Assembly (NCBI GenBank): GCA_965261595.1
Contig: CBDHDG010000006.1
Span: 256,001 to 320,000 of the forward strand
DNA: 64,000 nt
From: a bacterium
GTDB taxonomy: Bacteria > UBA8248 > JACPRG01 > G963555815
Reading direction: 5' to 3'
A program made the translations under genes and the position numbers. Shown piece by piece: positions 63,536 through 64,000 of the stretch (its first letter is position 1; every line of letters starts with the position of its first letter). The notes below the pieces were generated by a model, which had not been told where the DNA came from, did not search any database, and saw nothing but the letters and a program-made list of their open reading frames with translations.

Positions 63536-64000
63536 TCATTGTCCATCCTCGGAACCCCGGGAAGCGACTTCGCGATAGCAGGCGGCCAGCAAGCGGGCGC
63601 CTTCTCTCGCGCTGAAATGCTCATGGACGCGCCGGCGGCCCGCCTCGGCGATGGCCGTTCGCCGGGCCACGTCCCGGGCCAGGCCCGCCAGAACCCCGGC
63701 CAGGGCGTCCGGGTTTCCCGGGTTGAAGAGCAGGCCGGTCACGCCGTCCTCGATGAGCTCGCCCATGGGCTCGATGCGGCTCGCCGCCACCGGGACGCCC
63801 AAGGCCATTGCCTCGAGGGGAACCAGGGGGAAACCCTCGGAAGCCAGCGAGGCGAACAGGAACGCGTCGGCGGCCTGGAAAACGCGGTGGGTGTCGTCCC
63901 GGACGCCCAGGAACACCACGCGGCCGCCCAGGCTCAGCGAGCGGCTGAGACCGCGCAGGCTCTCCTCCTCCTCCCCGCCGCCGGCGAGGTAGAGACGGGC
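63536..64000 (-). CDS. Glycosyltransferase family 4, C-terminal part (runs off window)
   Basis: FLGVRDD, SEGFPLVPLEAMALG, DGVTGLL. Confidence 0.88.
   Translation of the reverse strand, partial: ARLYLAGGGEEEESLRGLSRSLSLGGRVVFLGVRDDTHRVFQAADAFLFASLASEGFPLVPLEAMALGVPVAASRIEPMGELIEDGVTGLLFNPGNPDALAGVLAGLARDVARRTAIAEAGRRRVHEHFSAREGARLLAACYREVASRGSEDGQ

Noticed and set aside
63536..64000. GT4 as MshA linked to SCO1664/DUF3090
   Set aside because: Only the generic C-terminal domain is visible, and a repeat-containing gap separates it from DUF3090

Overview
GC-rich bacterial chromosome window; taxonomy cannot be fixed from the sequence alone. The backbone is housekeeping and catabolic: nitroreductase, ferritin-like protein, HDAC-family deacetylase, M24 peptidase, Ntn isoaspartyl peptidase, fused hydantoinase/oxoprolinase, GGDEF protein, NCS2 permease, sulfatase-fold protein, HtrA, Moco-RNA-led moaA, a complete iscRSUA-hscBA-fdx-iscX operon, a DEAD-box helicase, a GAF/PAS hybrid kinase, an LLM oxidoreductase and the DUF3090/SCO1664 pair. 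An IS-dense accessory region (about 3.3-16.5 kb) holds an RHH + PHP-ATPase (TrlF/Ppl-like) locus broken by IS1380 and IS3 elements, IS3/IS903 relics, an IS66 MITE and an IS66 carrying a DUF4338 (DruA-like) gene. The MITE and IS66 are enclosed by ungapped 152-bp inverted arms. Features the ORF track misses: two candidate selenoproteins (a UxxC DsbA/FrnE-like protein and an Rv1681-like radical SAM ending YQ-U-A), a PEP-CTERM protein split by a C19 tract, a 55-aa membrane protein, an apparent ISEcp1-style one-ended capture, and two REP-like repeat families. Several frameshifts and in-frame stops may be sequencing errors. No rRNA, tRNA or CRISPR array was seen. All family assignments are by motif recognition; no database searches were run.
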